Origin: Octopus vulgaris
Taxonomy: Eukaryota
Assembly: GCA_951406725.2 (NCBI GenBank)
Contig: OX597830.1
Location: forward strand, 2,542,001-2,606,000
Direction: 5' to 3'
Length of the DNA stretch: 64,000 nt
Positions within the stretch are counted from its first letter, which is position 1. Every line of letters starts with the position of its first letter. Shown one piece after another: positions 13,104 through 26,407 of the stretch. The notes below the pieces were generated by a model, which was not told where the DNA came from, did not search any database, and worked only from the letters and a program-made list of their open reading frames with translations. The translations under genes and the position numbers were made by a program.

Positions 13104-14396
13104 CGAGGGATGTTCAATAAGTAATGCTTCTAACCTGCTTGCAATTGTTTGATCTAGCTGAAGTTTTGCATGTGCAATTATTTATATCTCTGTAGATTAA
13201 GTGGCAAATTACAGCTCTGAACTAATTGTGGTTTCTGATTTACAGGTGTTTGAACTGAGTCAAGTGTGAAATGGAGCCTGTTGAGTGTCGAGCAGTGATC
13301 CGGTTTTTGTATTTGAAAGGACGCACACCACGGGAGACTTTTGATGAAATGAAAGTAACTTATGGCGATGATGCCCCATCATATGACCTTGTAAAACGCT
13401 GGCATTGTGAATTCAAACATGGTTGGAACTCTGTGGAAACAGCTCCCAGATCTGGTCGCCCCCCCTTCTGCCATTGATGAGGCATCTGTCCGTCAAGTTG
13501 AGGCTGCCATTTTGGAAGATCGACGCATAACTATTCGCCAAATAGCCCATGAAGTCAAGATTAGTACCAGGCCTGTGGAAACTATCATTCATGATCATTT
13601 GCATATGCAAAAGGTGTCTTCCAGATGGATTCCCAGGTTGCTCACACCTTTCCAGAAGCAAGAACGTGTCGAGTGCTCGAGGATGAATTTGGAGATGTTC
13701 CAAGATGATGTGACAAAATTTTTCAAAAGACTGATTACACAGGATGAAACCTGGGTCCATCACTATGATCCAGAGACCAAAGCCCAGTCAATGCAGTGGA
13801 AGCACCATGACTCACCTCCTCCAAAGAAGGCAAGGGTGCAGCCCTCCACTGGCAAGGTCATGCTCACAGTCTTCTGGGACCAGGACAGAGAAGTGATGAC
13901 AGATTTCCTGGCAAAGGGTACCACAATTACAGGAGCCTACTATGCTTCACTTTTGAGGAAATTAAGAGAAGCTATCAAAATAAAGAAGCGGGGCAAGATC
14001 AGCAAAGGCATCCTCCTCCTGCAGGACAACGCTCCGGTCCACAACTCGCGTGTCGCCAGATCAGAAGCACAGGCGTGCGGCTATGAACTCCTCCCCCATC
14101 CCCCTACTCTCCTGACCTTGCACCTTCTGATTTTCACCTCTTCCTAGCCATGAGGTTGTTTTTGAAAGGAAAGCGTTTCCCAGATGATCCAGCCTTGATT
14201 TCTGAAGTCACGTCATGGTTGGAGGACCAAACTGGGGTCTTCTACAAAAACGGTCTCCAAAGCTGCATCAAACAACGGGAGAAATGCGTAACTCTGGGTG
14301 GTTTTTATGTAGAAAAATACTAATAACTGTGCCAAGTTTCGTTGCTCTACTGCTATGGGAAGTTGGTCAGGGGCATTACTTATTGAACGCCCCTCG
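13104..14396 (+). mobile_element. Full-length mariner (DD34D) transposon
   Basis: TA-CGAGGGATGTTCAATAAGTAATGC... at the left and ...GCATTACTTATTGAACGCCCCTCG-TA at the right. TIRs are ~30 bp with TA TSDs, total ~1.29 kb. Confidence 0.95.
13271..14323 (+). pseudogene. Mariner transposase, frameshifted twice
   Basis: HTH 'RAVIRFLYLKG', 'WIPRLL', 'TQDETWVHHY', 'LLQDNAPVH' and 'YSPDLAPSDFHLF'. Frameshifts fall in C-runs at ~13460 and ~14100. Confidence 0.92.
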
Positions 14397-15449
14397 TATA
14401 TACACACAGCAAATATTGGATGTCAATTTCACTTTTCATTACCACACGACAATAAAACTAACTCACAAATGGCCGAGTACTCCACAGATATGCATAACAT
14501 TAACGTAATTCTCAGGGAGATTCAGCCTCACACAGAATATGACAAGGCTGGCCCCTTTCAATTACAGCTACAACTCGAGACATATGAATGTATTTGTGTG
14601 TGTGTATAGTTTAGCTTAGTTAAAACATGCTTGCAATAAGGCGTCCCATGGTGGAAAAAAACGCAATTACCAAATTTTTATCCATGAATTCATTTATTAT
14701 TTCATTCTTTTGCATTTCAATTTGTACATGAATATTCTTTGAATATGTACGATGTATTTTAAGGTTAAATAGTAATTCCATTTACGTTTGTGTAACTGAG
14801 ATATTTTGTTTTGATTATATAGTCATTGGTGTTACATTACTTTCTACATTCTGTAACTGACACAATATACTTTTCTAGGTGTGAAGTTTTTTTTGGGGGG
14901 AGGGGGCCAGTTGATTAGATCGACCCCAGTACACAACTGATACTTGATTTATTGACCCCAAAAGGAAGAAAGGCAAAGTCAATCTCAGCAGAATTTGAAC
15001 TCAGAAAGTAAAGACAGACGGTCATAATATACAAACATTTCACATGGCACCAGTACACTAAAATAGATGCTTTCTGAGTCCAACTGGTACTTATTTTATC
15101 AACCCCTAAAGGACGAAAGGTAAAGTTGACCTTGGCAGAATTTGAACTCAGGATGTAGAGATATACAAAATGCCACTAAGCATTTTACCCAGCCCAGTTA
15201 GGATTCCGCCAACTCGCTGCCTTTAATAATAATAATAACTAGCTGGACCTGTGAAAAATTCATGGAAAACATAAATGACACTAGGGCTAAACTGAGATTG
15301 TTGCAATAATAGTTGGACTTACTTCTGCCCCTGAAATTTCTGGTCTTATGCCAAAATTTAAAATCATTACAATCTCAGTTTAGCCCTAGGGTCATTGTAA
15401 TTGATCGTCCCTTCCCCACAAAATTGTAGGCTTCAGGACAATATTCTTT

Positions 15450-15640
15450 TATTAAATTATTTGTTTCAGTTATTTCACTGTGGCCATGCTGTAGCACTGC
15501 CTTGTAGGGTTTTAGTTGAACAAATCGACCCCAGGACTTATTCTTTGTAAGCCTAGTATTTATTCTCCCAGTCTCTTTTACCAAACCACTAGGCTACAGG
15601 AACATAAACACACCAGGATCAGTTGTCAAGTGATAGCAGA
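15450..15640. mobile_element. SINE fragment abutting the Tc1 left end
   Basis: 'tggccatgctg.agcactgcc' and 'aatcgaccccaggactta' motifs, shared with the copies at ~6250, 22310-22510 and 51020-51210. Confidence 0.55.
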
Positions 15641-15641
15641 G

Positions 15642-17194
15642 AGAACGGCCTTGTTTCACACACAATAAATACGATATTAATTGTTATTGTCTGAGATTTT
15701 GGTGTAATTTGAGAGGATAATACAAAACGTTATGGATGATTTAGTGATTTAGTGCAAAACCCATGGCGGCCAAAATGATCAGAACGATTGCTTTTACTCC
15801 GTGTTTTAGTATATTTAACCGGCGAACTCTAATGTTTTGAAGTTGTTTACCTGACGGTTAGTTTACTAAACATTAGTAAAAATATCTGCAGTGTACTTTG
15901 TTAATATAATGCCACTTACTCCGTTACCAATTCGTCAGCAGATTATTAAGCTTCGAAAGAAGGATAATTTAAGTATTGGGTCTATTGCAAAGATTGTTAA
16001 CAAGTCAAAAAGTGTTGTTTACGGTATTCTTAAGGTCTACGATGATTGTGGTTCGTGTGAAGCAAGAAAGTCTACACGTAGGCCACGAAAAACGACCAAG
16101 AGAGAAGATCGTGCTATGGTAAAGTTGGTTAAAAAGGACAGATTTAAAACTGCTGCTGCTGTTTCTCAGGAAATGAGCATTGTACTGAAGAAAACTTTAT
16201 CTCGAAAAACTGTGTCTCATCGTTTAGTTGAACATGACCTACAAGCAAGAGCACCTGCAGTGAAGCCACTGATCAGCTCCATGAATAAAAAAGTGTTGTC
16301 TTACCTTTGCAACCGAACATATGTTGTGGTCTCAAGAAAAATGGCAAACGGTGCATTTCCGCGATGAATCTAAGTTTATGTTATTTGGCTCAGATGGGAA
16401 AAGGTATGTTCGTCGAAAAGTAGGTGAAAAATTGTCGCCTAAATGCCTTAAGACTAGTGTTAAATTCGGTGGAGGAAGTGTCATGGTTTGGGAGATGATA
16501 TCTGGAGATGGTGTGGGTCCTTTGGTGCAATTACATGGAAAGGTAAATGCAGGAGTTTATAAACAACTTGTAAAAGATCATGTCTTGCCTGTGCTGAGAA
16601 ATTCAACTAAGCGACCACCCATATTCATGCAGGACAATGCTCCATGTCACAAGGCCAAGGTGGTCATGAACTTTCTCAAGGCTGAAAAGATTATTGTTAT
16701 GGATTGGCCTACTCAAAACCCAGATCTTTATCCTATTGAAAATGTGTGGAATATTCTAGGAGAACGTTCGAAAGCCAGAAATCCTAAAACAACTGAGCAA
16801 TTATGGAATGCCCTTTGGGAAGAATGGAATAAGATCACCCAGCAAGAAATTGAAAATTTAATTTCCTCATGCAGTCGAAGATGTCAAAGTGTGATTGAAG
16901 CTAAAGGGCTTCACACTAAATATTAAATAATTCCAGTATTCTCTGTCATTTTTGGCTATTTTGTAATTTTTTTCAACCGTTCTGATCCTTTTGGCCGCCA
17001 TGGGTTTTGCAGTAAATCACTAAATCATCCATAACTTTTGTATTATCCTCTCAAATTACACCAAAATCTCAGACAATAACAATTAATATTGTATTTATTG
17101 TCTGTGAAAATTATAGAATATAAAACTACTTTGATAAAAACTTATACCTACTTTTCTGACGAAAACAAGGCCGTTCTGAACATTTTGGCCGCAA

Positions 17195-17197
<3 letters not shown>
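15642..17197 (+). mobile_element. Tc1-family (DD34E-type) transposon with long IR/DR terminal repeats
   Basis: The right TIR (~16974-17197) ends ...ttggccgcaactg-TA. The left TIR (15642-15790) is its complement but lacks the outer ~20 bp and has a ~50-bp internal deletion. 'gcggccaaaa.g.tcagaacgg' occurs at both ends of the TIR. Confidence 0.92.
15909..16926 (+). pseudogene. Tc1 transposase, single frameshift
   Basis: Paired-like HTH, 'RPRKTT.REDR', 'DESKF', 'GGGSVMVW', 'FMQDNAPCH' and 'WP.Q.PDL.PIENVW'. The frameshift is near the A-run at ~16290. Confidence 0.9.
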
Positions 17198-17249
<52 letters not shown>

Positions 17250-17255
<6 letters not shown>

Positions 17256-17412
17256 ACCACTTTCAGTTTCTGTCTATCAAATCCACTCACAAGGCTTTGA
17301 TCGGCCCGAGGCTATAGTAGAAAACACTTGCCCTAGTTTCCACGCAGTGGGACTGAACCTAGAACCATGTGTTTGGAAAGCAAGCTTCTTACTACACAGC
17401 CACACCTGCGCC
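17250..17412 (-). mobile_element. tRNA-derived SINE (second family)
   Basis: Minus strand reads 'ggtgtggctgtgtagtaagaagcttgcttcc...ggttcagtcccactgcgtg...gcaagtgttttctactatagcc'. Other copies lie at ~3030, 21050, 27725, 41650 and 55190. Confidence 0.7.
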
Positions 17413-18559
17413 TGTGTAGAAAGGATTATTATTATTATTACATCTGTCCATTTGAGTCATCAAACTGAAATAGTTTAAAAGTTGTTTTGCCTTATTTTTA
17501 CAACCCTCCTTTTGCTAATCGCAGATCCCCAAAAGCCGGCTGTTTTAATGACACAAAACGGTGGGAAAGAACACCATTGAAGAATCTATGGTGTTTGATG
17601 CATATGAACTAGCTGATCAGTTCTAGAGCATTTCATCTCAGGGCCTTTTGATAATTTCTAGAAAACTTTGGCCTGGCCATGTCACCAGAGGGCATTGCTA
17701 GTTCTAGCCAAACTCTGTAGCCAATGTAGCCTGTGATATGTACAGAGCAACGACAGTGTTCTGCAATCAGAGTTTGAGTTTTGCTGATCAGTAAAGTTTT
17801 GTTGATCAACTGTCATCACATAGAGAGCAGATCCAGGTACTGACTGAATCAATCATAAATAACAACTGGCATCTTCCTCCAATGAAGAAGCTCAGGCAGT
17901 CCTCCTCAGTTTGGTGGTTATAGTGAAAGAGGTTGTATGTTGGTTGTGGCTGAAAGAACTAAAGACAGGCATTTTCCTCTTTGGTCAAGTTCTCATGAGT
18001 TTTCCAGGTCCCACTTGCAGAAGAATGTGAGGGTGAAGGGGTAAGTTCTTCCCCACACCCAACAAATATTCTGAATTGTGAGTGAGCATAGCCAAAAGGG
18101 TCCTTGTTAATGGACCTATTCTTAGTATACACCTGTAGGCTGTAAATGATAAAGAAGAGACAGAAGGAACTTACTTCTGGTATCATTGGTGATCAAGGTG
18201 AAGCAGGATCTGTGGGGGCCTGTATTACCTCAAAGTGGTGTTCACCCAATATTGAGGATTTCCATTGTTGCTTATATTTTATTGTTATTTATTGTTTTTT
18301 GTTATTTTCTTTTGAAATAATTTTATGTGTAAGTATCCACTCAAGGGAGAGCTAACCAACAGAAGTCTTCAAAGATGAATCCCTTCCACATATAAGTGTT
18401 TTGGCTTTAACTGCTCACATTCAAAGGGAGCTGGGCCATGTCCAGGTCATAACCTTTAAATACCCCTCTGTTGCCACATTCTGCATCTGGTTGCATTGCA
18501 ACTCAGTTGTTAAGGTACGTAAGACACCAGTTGATCAAAGCGTGAATTATTCCTTCTGA

Positions 18560-19300
18560 AATTCATTTTCATTCCTCTTTGGCCAGATCCAGCTGGAACA
18601 ATTCTCAGCTGCATCTATCATTACCTTAAGAGCCTTGGTTTTCTTTTTCAAAACAGTTTCATTTGACCAGTGGTCCACTTGTTTGCCTATAGACCCTTTG
18701 GCTCCTTATTTTATTTTGGTGGGTTTTTATAGCTATTTGATGTTTAAAAGATCCTGTTATACTCTATAAAATATATATTATTAGGAATTTAATCAAAACA
18801 TTTTGTGTATTGTAGAAGTGTTACCAATTCATTGCAGATTATTTTTAACAGCAAAATCTTATGCAGACCCCTAAGGGCCATATGGAGCCTGGTTGAAAAT
18901 CACTGCATTATACTATTAGTAGATATTCCCCCAAACCCTCTCCCACATGCATCTATGGTAAGGAATTCGACTTGGAAGCCAGATATTCTTAATCTGATGG
19001 TTAAACTGCCATGTTTTTCAGTCTTGTAGATCTTGGCTTCCTCCATTCTGCTTTTGCATGGCACAAGGACTTTATTCTATAAGAATCCTTTGTTTTGTTG
19101 AGAGTGGGTGGAATGAGTTCTCAAGACTCAAATCATTCTTATTGATAAGGATTTCAGGATAAGTTTTCTAGTCTGAAAGACGTGCTCCCAGTTTCCCTGC
19201 TTCCACAATTTCATTAACAGAAATGTCCTGGCCCAGAAATTGATATTTCTATTGAATTGTTTTGTATTCCCGCTTCACTGTTTTGAACTTTCATAAACAA
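18560..19300 (-). mobile_element. Decayed Hero/NeSL-like LINE, restriction-like endonuclease region
   Basis: Minus-strand pieces 'RMEEAKIYKTEKHGSL..RLRISGFQVEFLTIDACGRGFGG' and 'KALKVMIDAAENCSSWIWPKR' match the typical C-terminus of these elements. A MITE splits it. Confidence 0.55.
18668..18905. mobile_element. hAT-like MITE
   Basis: Ends CAGTGGT...ATCACTG. Flanks catttgac/cattatac look like a degenerate 8-bp TSD. Related to 33764-34010 in the opposite orientation. Confidence 0.55.
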
Positions 19301-19344
19301 TAAAGAAATTATGATCATAATCATCATCATCATCATCATCAAGG

Positions 19345-20058
19345 CAGCTCGCTGACAGAATTGGTATTTTTTGAGCACCATCCAGAGTATTCGAGCTGTT
19401 TCAAGCAGTGCTGTTTTCTGCAAGTGCTCCACCCTTATTGCAGCCCCTATTTGTTGCATGTACTTCTCAAGATTTTTACTCACTGTTCCCAGGGCTCCAA
19501 CAATTATTGGTACTACTACCACATTTTTCATCGACCACAACTGTTTAACTTCCCAATCTAACCTGTCATACCCATCGACTTTTCTTTCTTCCTTATCGCA
19601 TACCTTGTTGTCAGCTGGGCATGCCATATCTATGATCCAGCATAGTTTGTTTTCTTTCTTAATTATAACTATGTCTGGCTTCCTATTCTCCATCTCATGG
19701 TCGCACTGAATCATAAAATCCCATAGGATCTTTGCATTTCTATTTTCGACGATACCTTCAGGTTTGTGGTCGTACCAATTTTTGGCTCTGTTAAGTCCAT
19801 ACATGTTGCAGAGTGTCCAATGAACAAGCCTTGCTGTATTGTCGTGGAGTCTCTTATATTCCTTCTGGGCTAGTGGCGTTTATTGACTGGTAATATGACA
19901 TATGGCTTCACCGTTTTGTCCACAAATTCTGCACTTATCACTTTCTGATGTGTTGTCTATTCTGTATTTTATGTAGTTTGTTCTTAGTGCTTGCTCTTGG
20001 GCAGCACAGATTAGAGCCTCTGTTTCTGGTTTTAAATCGCTTTTAGTCATCCACAGCC
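19345..20058 (-). mobile_element. 5'-truncated R4/Dong-clade LINE (zinc knuckle plus restriction-like endonuclease)
   Basis: 'CRICGQNGE', 'HDN.ARLVHW.LC', 'KILWDF.IQCD', 'RKPDIV', 'IDMACPAD' and 'VVPIIVGALG' (ORF 19214-19804 and upstream). (CAT)n/(TAT)n repeats flank it on both sides. Confidence 0.85.
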
Positions 20059-20068
20059 ATCATCATCA

Positions 20069-20108
<40 letters not shown>

Positions 20109-21207
20109 CATTATTAAATTAAATAAAATAATTAAAATAATGAAGATGATGAACAACATCAAATATTACCACATATCAGATCTGATCGATAATTTTGTTT
20201 ATATGTTAATAGTGGTAACAGGACTAGATTTGTTGGTGAAGGTGATGATGATGATCATGATGATGGCAGTACGGAGAAGGGTGATGATTATGATGATGTT
20301 GGTGGTGGTCGTGGAAGTGATAGCTGTGGTGATATAGATGACAATGACAACAATGAAGATGATGATGATGATGGCGATAACGACAATGAGAGTGATGATG
20401 AGGATGATGATGATGATGTTACCATTCCCATATATATATAATTCTTGCTGTATATAACATGTTTCCTACAGAATGTACATAATCAAATGCTCGTAAAACT
20501 GTTGCACTTGAGAAGAGAATGTTATCACAACTGTCAGTGGCAGAAAGGAGGGAAAAAAACAATAAATTTTAAAACACACACACACACACACATCTACGTA
20601 CACAAACAAATAATTTAACCATTCCTGTTCCACTATAAATATCTGCCATAAAGGAGTTAATCCTGTTTGCTCATCTCATATTTTTGCATTAAAGCTTCAA
20701 ATTTACAGTTTCTGGTATTAAACGTCTTACATGGAATATTCTGTGCAAGGATATTTAGAGATTAAGGCAATATTATGAAGAATGCTGATTCCATCCCAAC
20801 CTAATTCAGAGTTAGTAATGGTAGCATTCGTCTTCCTTCCTCTTCTTTTATGTTTTTCAAGTATCTTACATCAAATGTTTGGCATCACACAACATTTCTA
20901 ATCCATTCCATAAAACATCGAAAATCCTCTCCGTAACAAGAATAAGAAACAAATTCTTCATTTCCCTGTTCACAAATTCCTTTGCATGATGGCTGCAGCT
21001 GCTGCTACACTGTCCCAGATCGGATGAAAGAAAGTATGTGATACAGGCACAGGCATGTCTATGTGGTGGGCAGTCTGCTTCCAAACCACATGGTTCTCGG
21101 TTCAGTCTTGCTATACAACACTTTTGGTAAGTGTCTTCTACTATAGTTTTGGGCTGACCAAAGCTTGTCCATGGATTTGGTAGTTAAAAAGTAAAAGAAA
21201 CCGACAT

Positions 21208-21247
<40 letters not shown>

Positions 21248-21460
21248 CATAAATGATGTTTTTATAAACAAACCTGAAAGGCTTTGCAAGTTACGGAGTG
21301 AAAGTTACTATGGTCATTTGTTTATATTTAAAAATTGTGACATCAAATCAGAGAATAATTATCATTATGATATATACAGTTATATGTGTGTGTGTTATAT
21401 AATGAAACAACAAAGCCAAGGCTGTGTGGTGTTTTCAGGACATTTCTAAAGAGAGAGCTA

Positions 21461-21508
21461 GTCTTACAGCCGTTTCTGGGATATTAGGGATATCCCTTCA
21501 TCAGAGAC
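21461..21508 (-). ncRNA. Minimal hammerhead ribozyme
   Basis: Minus strand: gtct-CTGATGA-a-GGGATAT ccctaATATCCC-a-GAAA-CGGCTG-TA-agac. The core and stems I and II are intact. A short inverted repeat flanks it (~21398-21423 and ~21625-21650). Confidence 0.75.
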
Positions 21509-23204
21509 AATGTGAGATGGTTAAATAGAGGGAAATATTAGGGTTCAATATGAGGAGTTATTTTGAAAAGGAAGGAAATAAGGAGGATATAAGGAAATAG
21601 GAGAATGAATGAAGAAATGCAAAAAGCCTTGACTTTGTTGTCTCATTTTATTTAACATATACCTGCTTACATAGCCTTACCTACCACTTTGGGTCTTCTA
21701 GATACCAATAGCTCTCATTATATATATATATATATGTACACACACACACACATAGTATATACAGGGTAAAAATTATTAAATTAATAATTAATAATTAAAA
21801 CCAATGGTTAGCATGTGTAATAAAAGTCAGAAGACATAAATATTTTTTTGTAATATAATAAGTGTATAAGACTTTATACACAGAGAGGAGACCATCATTT
21901 GGATTCCTTACATGCTAGAGAGGGCAGTCAAAACCCAAATTATGAAAGAGATATTCTTACACTGCAAGTTGCCTTTAGGGTACTTGAATGAATAAAAATC
22001 TCAGTTAACCCTTTACCTATGGGTTTCACCATTAATGATCAAATAAATCAACTAACTAGTCAATTGAACTCTTATACAGCAACTTTCATCCTAAACCAGG
22101 ACTGCCATGTTATGTTGGCAAACAATCTTTACTCCAGCATTAGCTTTAATTCCATAATTATATTTTCTGCCTTTTAAGGCCAAAGCATGTTTCAATTGCA
22201 TCGATTAGTAATCGTTGAAATTGCAACCCTACTATAAAACGGTGCAGTCTCTTATCTTAATATTTGTGTGCGTGTCTTTGTGTCAGTGTCTCTCTCCCCT
22301 ACACACACACACTGCTTGACACCTGGTGTTGGTGTGTTTACATCTCTAGCATTTTGCAGTCCAGCAAAAGAGTCTGAATCAGTGCCAAGATTAAAAAAAT
22401 AAATAAATAAGTACAAGAATTGATTTATTTGATTTTTAAAAAGAGTTCTCCAAGGTGGTGCTCCAGCTTGGTTGCAGTCTAATGATTGGAAAAAGTGGAA
22501 ATTAAGAGATAAAAGAATATCCTAATAAACAGGCTGAGGAATATTCTACTAGTTAGCTTTTGTGACACACAGGGGGCAGGCTGTACATCATCATCCTTTA
22601 ATATCCATCTTTCACGCTGGCATGGATTTGACAGCTGAAGAACATTCAGGGCCAAGCTCCAGCGTCTGCTTCGGCACAGTTTCTATAAACTGATGTCCTC
22701 CCTAATACCAGCCAGTTTATGAAGTGTCAAGGGTGTATCTTTCATGAAACCAGCTCTAGTGGGGTTCCCCAAGCGACTCACAAAACAACAGAAAAACCCT
22801 TGACAGAGTGGGGTTGTAGCAGAGGGAAGGTGGTGGCCACTCTGTGGAATATAAAAGTGGGTTGGGAATTGTTGGCAAGAATACAAAGGTGGTGGGAACA
22901 AGATCTGAGAAGAAATCCCTCCAGATGGTGTCTATCCTTGAACTGGGATACATTAGAAATAACAATAGGGGTTGATTAAACAGAGATTTCACTGCTGTTT
23001 CTAGCAGCTCGTGACTGTATGAAGAAATTTCCCTCATTGGCTAGAATCCTTTTGAGATTTTCATTAGGTGATTGGCTGCTGAAGAATTTGGCAGAATGAG
23101 TCATCGCTCAGTTATTTTGACAGGACATAAAAACAGGCTGACAAGAATTTTTGACTTGGAACTTGACAGATTTGCATGGTTTGACACACAGGTATCTTTA
23201 TGTT

Positions 23205-23207
<3 letters not shown>

Positions 23208-23235
<28 letters not shown>

Positions 23236-23545
23236 AGTGCATGTATGTGTATGTGTGTGCATATATGCGTATGTACATGTGTGTGTGCAAGTGCATGTGC
23301 GTGTGCATGCACATGTGTGTGAGTGCATGTGTGAGTGTGTATGCATATACATATATATGCATGTGTGTGTATCTGTGTAAGTGCACATACATGTCTCTGG
23401 GTGAGTGTGTATGTGTATGTATATGTGTGAGAGTGTGGTGTGCGGATGTGTGGCTGCATGCGTGTGTGCATGTGTGTGTATGGGCATGTTTTTGTGTGTG
23501 GACATGTTTGTGTGTGTGTGCATGCATTTGTGCATGTGTGTGTTG
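23208..23545. repeat. Degenerate (GT/GCAT) compound microsatellite
   Basis: Visible directly in the sequence. It is the source of the His/Thr- and Cys/Val-rich pseudo-ORFs. Confidence 0.9.
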
Positions 23546-25260
23546 CCTGTTCAGCTCCTGAGAGACTTCACAGAGGGTGTTCAATCTTCCGACAGGCCAC
23601 ATTGCACAACTAACAAACTGACAACCTCACCTTATTTGGTAATGGACACTGTTGCAATTGCTATAATTTCTGACAGCTTAAAGCTTTCTGGTCTTGGTAA
23701 TTCCTACTTCCAATAAACACAAGATAGACATTTGCGTATCTGGTAAGGAATTAGATTGTCAATCCAAATATTTAAACAGTAAATTGGATGATGAATGAAC
23801 AATCACAGCCACACGTCAAGGAAAGATAGATTCTAGTTTAACAGTTTTGGGTTAGTGATTTTAGGTGAGGAAATTGGAAAGAGAGAAACATTACGTGTTT
23901 TACACAGCACAGACACACTCAACAATACACAAGAACACAGGTCATTTTAGCTGCTAAATTAAGGGTCAGTCATTTGGACCTCTGACAGCTGTAAACATAT
24001 GCAACGTGGTTCCTTTATTTTTTAAGTGTTTTTCAGCCGGGATGTCTTTCCTGCCATCAACCCTTTGAATTGTCTCCTACAGTATAAGGGATCTCAAACT
24101 GGGATACACAAAAAGCATACACACATACACATGCAAAAACACATATCTATATATCTATCTGTCTGTCCGTCCATCTGTCTGTCTGTCTGCCTATCCATCT
24201 ATCTGGCTGTCTGTCTATCTGGCTGTCCGTCCGTCTGTCCATTCATCTGTCTATCTATCTACCTACCTACCTACCTAGCTATGTATGAATTACCATTCTT
24301 TTAACATCTATTTTCTGTGCTTGCAAGAATCAGATGAGTAAATTGAGGCTGAGTTTTCTACATTTCATCGACCTGTCTGACAACCAACCTGTCGAGGTAA
24401 TGATGTCCAGTCTGTCAATCAACAAGCAGCCTGGACGTCGTTATGGGGAGAACTGGAAACAAACAACACAGTCTGAATGAGCCTTTGCTCGACAATGATT
24501 CAATGATTGCACAACATAGCAGATGTCCAGTGGACCACATACAGAGGACAGCATCAGAAAGGCCATTGTTTCACAACCTGTGAACACAGTGAGGATGAGG
24601 ACATATACAAACATACACATTACACAGACATGCACACATACACATATAAATACATACATATATCAGGGCATCGACCAGATTATTAGATGTTGCTATACAT
24701 CACTGACCACAATGCACTTTGCATTGTTTTTAAGACAACCCCATTTGTCTCAACACAAAACATTGTTTATTGTCATCCAATCTGTGGACACAATTCGGTC
24801 ATGTGGATTATTTAAGCTTATGTTGATTTGTCCAGAGAAAAACATGTTATGGATTCTACCAGACAATCTAGACTCATTGTTGTAGACTGACTCCTTTTTC
24901 ACCTTATCCCTTTTTACTGTGGTACAAAAGGTTCGTTTTGCATTGAGGGAAAATATTGAAGTCACAATTCACCACATTGCACTTCGGTTTCAAACTGTGA
25001 TATCTTATTTGTTTTATTTGTATGTTTTGAGTACAATATTATTTGTTTCACTTTGTAACACTTTTGGCTTTCAAATGATGGTATCCTGTTTGTTACACCC
25101 AATAGGATGATAGCAATGAGAAATGAAGTGTTTTGCTCAAGAACTCAATGCTCCCCTTGGTCTGGGAATCAAACTTATGGTCTAGCAATCACAAGGGAAA
25201 TACCCCAACCACTAGGCTGCATGTCTTCATAAATATATGTATCTATATATATAAATATAT

Positions 25261-26400
25261 ACAGGGTGCAGAAGGTATTTGAGGACACATGTATTCTTAG
25301 TCATTTTATTTCACTAATTGATATTGAGCTTCTATTTCAGAAAATAACAATGACAGGCTCTATGCTTACTGATGAAATAAAAAGGTATGCTGTGATTGTA
25401 GCTTTGAAGGTTAAACATGGGTGATTTAGAAATTTCTCGTTTTCTGAAAGCTGCAAAATCTTTTGTGCACAAGATTCAGTGTGAGTTAGAGAAAGAAGCA
25501 AGAAAATGTAGAAAACATCCTAAATGTTCTGATTCTGTGAGGACAACTGAATTTATTCAGGAAGTTAAGCAAAACATTGAAGACAATCCAAGACAATCAA
25601 TGAAGTGAATTGCAAAAACATTTCATGTGTCAGAAAAAAACAGTCAGAAATGTTGTGCATGAAGACATCAGATAGAAATCTTATGTGATGAGGAGAGGTC
25701 AATTCATGCCAGAAAAAAACAAAAGAAAACTGTTTAATCAGATCCAAAAGGGTTTTGAAGAAACTTAAAAATCCATCAGAAGGTGGTGTGATTTGGTTTT
25801 TCTCATGTGAGAAAAACTTTCACCTAGACCAGAAAACTAACAGAAGAAATGATAGATGGCTATGTGCAGACTCTTCTGAGGTTCCAAGAGTAATGCATAC
25901 AATACTTACTGCAAGGTTTTGGGTGTTGTTAGCAATGAAGGACATGTGATGCCCCCTCACTTTTTCCCACAAGACCTTAGGGTGAATGCTGCTGCATATA
26001 TCAAGGTTCTGGAAAAAGTTATTAAGCCTTGGATCAAGTGTATGCAATGGAAGGCCCTATGTCTTTTAACAAGATTCTGCACCAAGAATGGATGGCCGAC
26101 AATTTTCATGATCCCATCACCCCCAACATTTGGCCCCCTAATTCTCCAGATCTCAATTCACTGGACTACTATGTATGAAACATCATTGAGAAAAAATGTC
26201 AATGAACACCCCTCATGGCACCAAAGATTCTTTGAAAGCTGCCGTAGTTCGAGTCATGTTCAATATGAACAAGGACCACTTAATCCAAGCTTGTAAACGA
26301 TTTCGACCCCGTGTAAAGAGAGTTACTGGTGTTTACGGGGATTTTACTGAATGAAATTATTAACTTGATAATTTAGCTTTATATTTATGATATTTTTATA
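25261..26400 (+). mobile_element. Decayed maT (DD37D-type) Tc1/mariner
   Basis: Starts ta-CAGGGTG. Fragments include 'WFFS.EKNF..DQK.NRRNDRWL', 'GVVSNEGHVMPPHFF' and 'WPPNSPDLNSLDYYV', with many stops and frameshifts. Confidence 0.8.
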
Positions 26401-26407
26401 AATATAT

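Noticed and set aside
23101-23716. His/Thr- and Cys/Val-rich ORFs (also ~3630, 4310, 37260, 47170, 51850 and 59000)
   Set aside because: These are dinucleotide-repeat artefacts.
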